This document shows, in pieces, positions 59,673 to 60,453 of a stretch of DNA of 60,453 nt (positions are counted from its first letter, which is position 1; the number at the start of each line of letters is the position of its first letter). The notes under the pieces are model-generated. The model was not told where the DNA came from and made no database searches. It saw nothing but the letters and a program-made list of their open reading frames with translations. The stretch comes from Fonticula alba ATCC 38817 (Eukaryota; Protista; Nucleariida): the NCBI GenBank assembly GCA_000388065.2, contig KB932201.1; one strand, given 5' to 3'. The translations under genes and the position numbers were made by a program.

Positions 59673-60206
59673 GTGCGTCCCACTGCCCTCTGGATGGCAT
59701 TTTGCGCTCGCACGCACTAGCACACACACACACACACACACANNNNNNNNNNNNNNNNNNNNNNNNNNNNNNNNNNNNNNNNNNNNNNNNNNNNNNNNNN
59801 NNNNNNNNNNNNNNNNNNNNNNNNNNNNNNNNNNNNNNNNNNNNNNNNNNNNNNNNNNNNNNNNNNNNNNNNNNNNNNNNNNGGGGGGGGGGGACAAGTT
59901 CCGCCCCGAAGGACGGCCAGGACCGGTGGATCGAGGATCAGGGATCGGTAAAAAGACTGCCACCGATTTTGCGACGGGGCGCAGCTGATGGCCGGCGGCC
60001 GTCATCCCGCGCATGCACGTCTGGCACTTCTCGTGGCACATGGCACCCGCCGTCAGGACGAGAGGCAGGGCGGGGACCCTGTCCCCTGGTCAGGGAAGTC
60101 CAGAGGAGCGCGCCCCCTCTGAGGCTGTGGTCGGCCTGCGGCCGATCGACACCTGCCTCCCCGGCGGCAGCCCCTTCTCTCCAGAGGACGGACCATCTCC
60201 GTCAAC

Positions 60207-60362
60207 ACAACCCCCCCCCCCCCCGACCCCAACACCCCCCTCCCCCCCCCCCCCCCCCCCCCCCCCCACCCCCACCCCCGCCCCCCCCCCCACCCCCCTC
60301 CCCCCCTCCCCCCTCTTCCCTCCCCTCCCCCCCCCCCCCCCCCCGCGCCCCCCACACAACAC

Positions 60363-60429
<67 letters not shown>
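60207..60429 (+). repeat. Terminal poly-C-rich tract
   Basis: Direct reading; mostly C with sparse interruptions. Confidence 0.9.
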
Positions 60430-60430
<1 letters not shown>

Positions 60431-60453
60431 CCGGAGGGCTAGGATTCTGGGAC

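Noticed and set aside
57796-59988. 730-aa ORF containing PDHB
   Set aside because: It fuses upstream non-coding DNA, introns and the N gap; the real start is ATG 58403 with a mitochondrial presequence.
1-60453. Transposon, retroelement or telomeric sequence
   Set aside because: No RT, integrase or transposase motifs, no terminal inverted repeats and no TTAGGG-type arrays were seen.

Overview
GC-rich, intron-containing eukaryotic genomic DNA with eight N gaps and many microsatellites and poly-C/poly-G runs. Gene content (GT3 glycogen synthase, Psd2-type decarboxylase, Rox1/MATA-like HMG box, LPCAT3-like MBOAT) points to an opisthokont protist. A Fonticula-like nucleariid is my inference, not a database result. 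I built nine gene models by hand, with splice phases checked for the multi-exon ones: (1) a class I cyclic-nucleotide phosphodiesterase with an N-terminal response-regulator receiver-like domain, (2) an orphan ~4-TM protein, (3) a C2-domain phosphatidylserine decarboxylase, (4) ribosomal protein eS25, (5) glycogen synthase, (6) a homeodomain protein, (7) a 2438-aa polyQ HMG-box protein, (8) an LPCAT3-like MBOAT, (9) a 3'-truncated pyruvate dehydrogenase E1 beta. The most interesting signals are the RegA-like receiver-PDE fusion, which only appears after splicing four exons; an HMG box split by a ~100-aa insertion; six PKA-consensus sites in the HMG protein; a tandem homeodomain plus HMG-box pair, each behind 7-9 kb of non-coding DNA; and 5' splice sites with C or T, never A, at +4 in all 33 modelled introns. 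Most other ORFs in the track are GC-rich shadow ORFs. I saw no tRNA, rRNA, CRISPR array or transposon.
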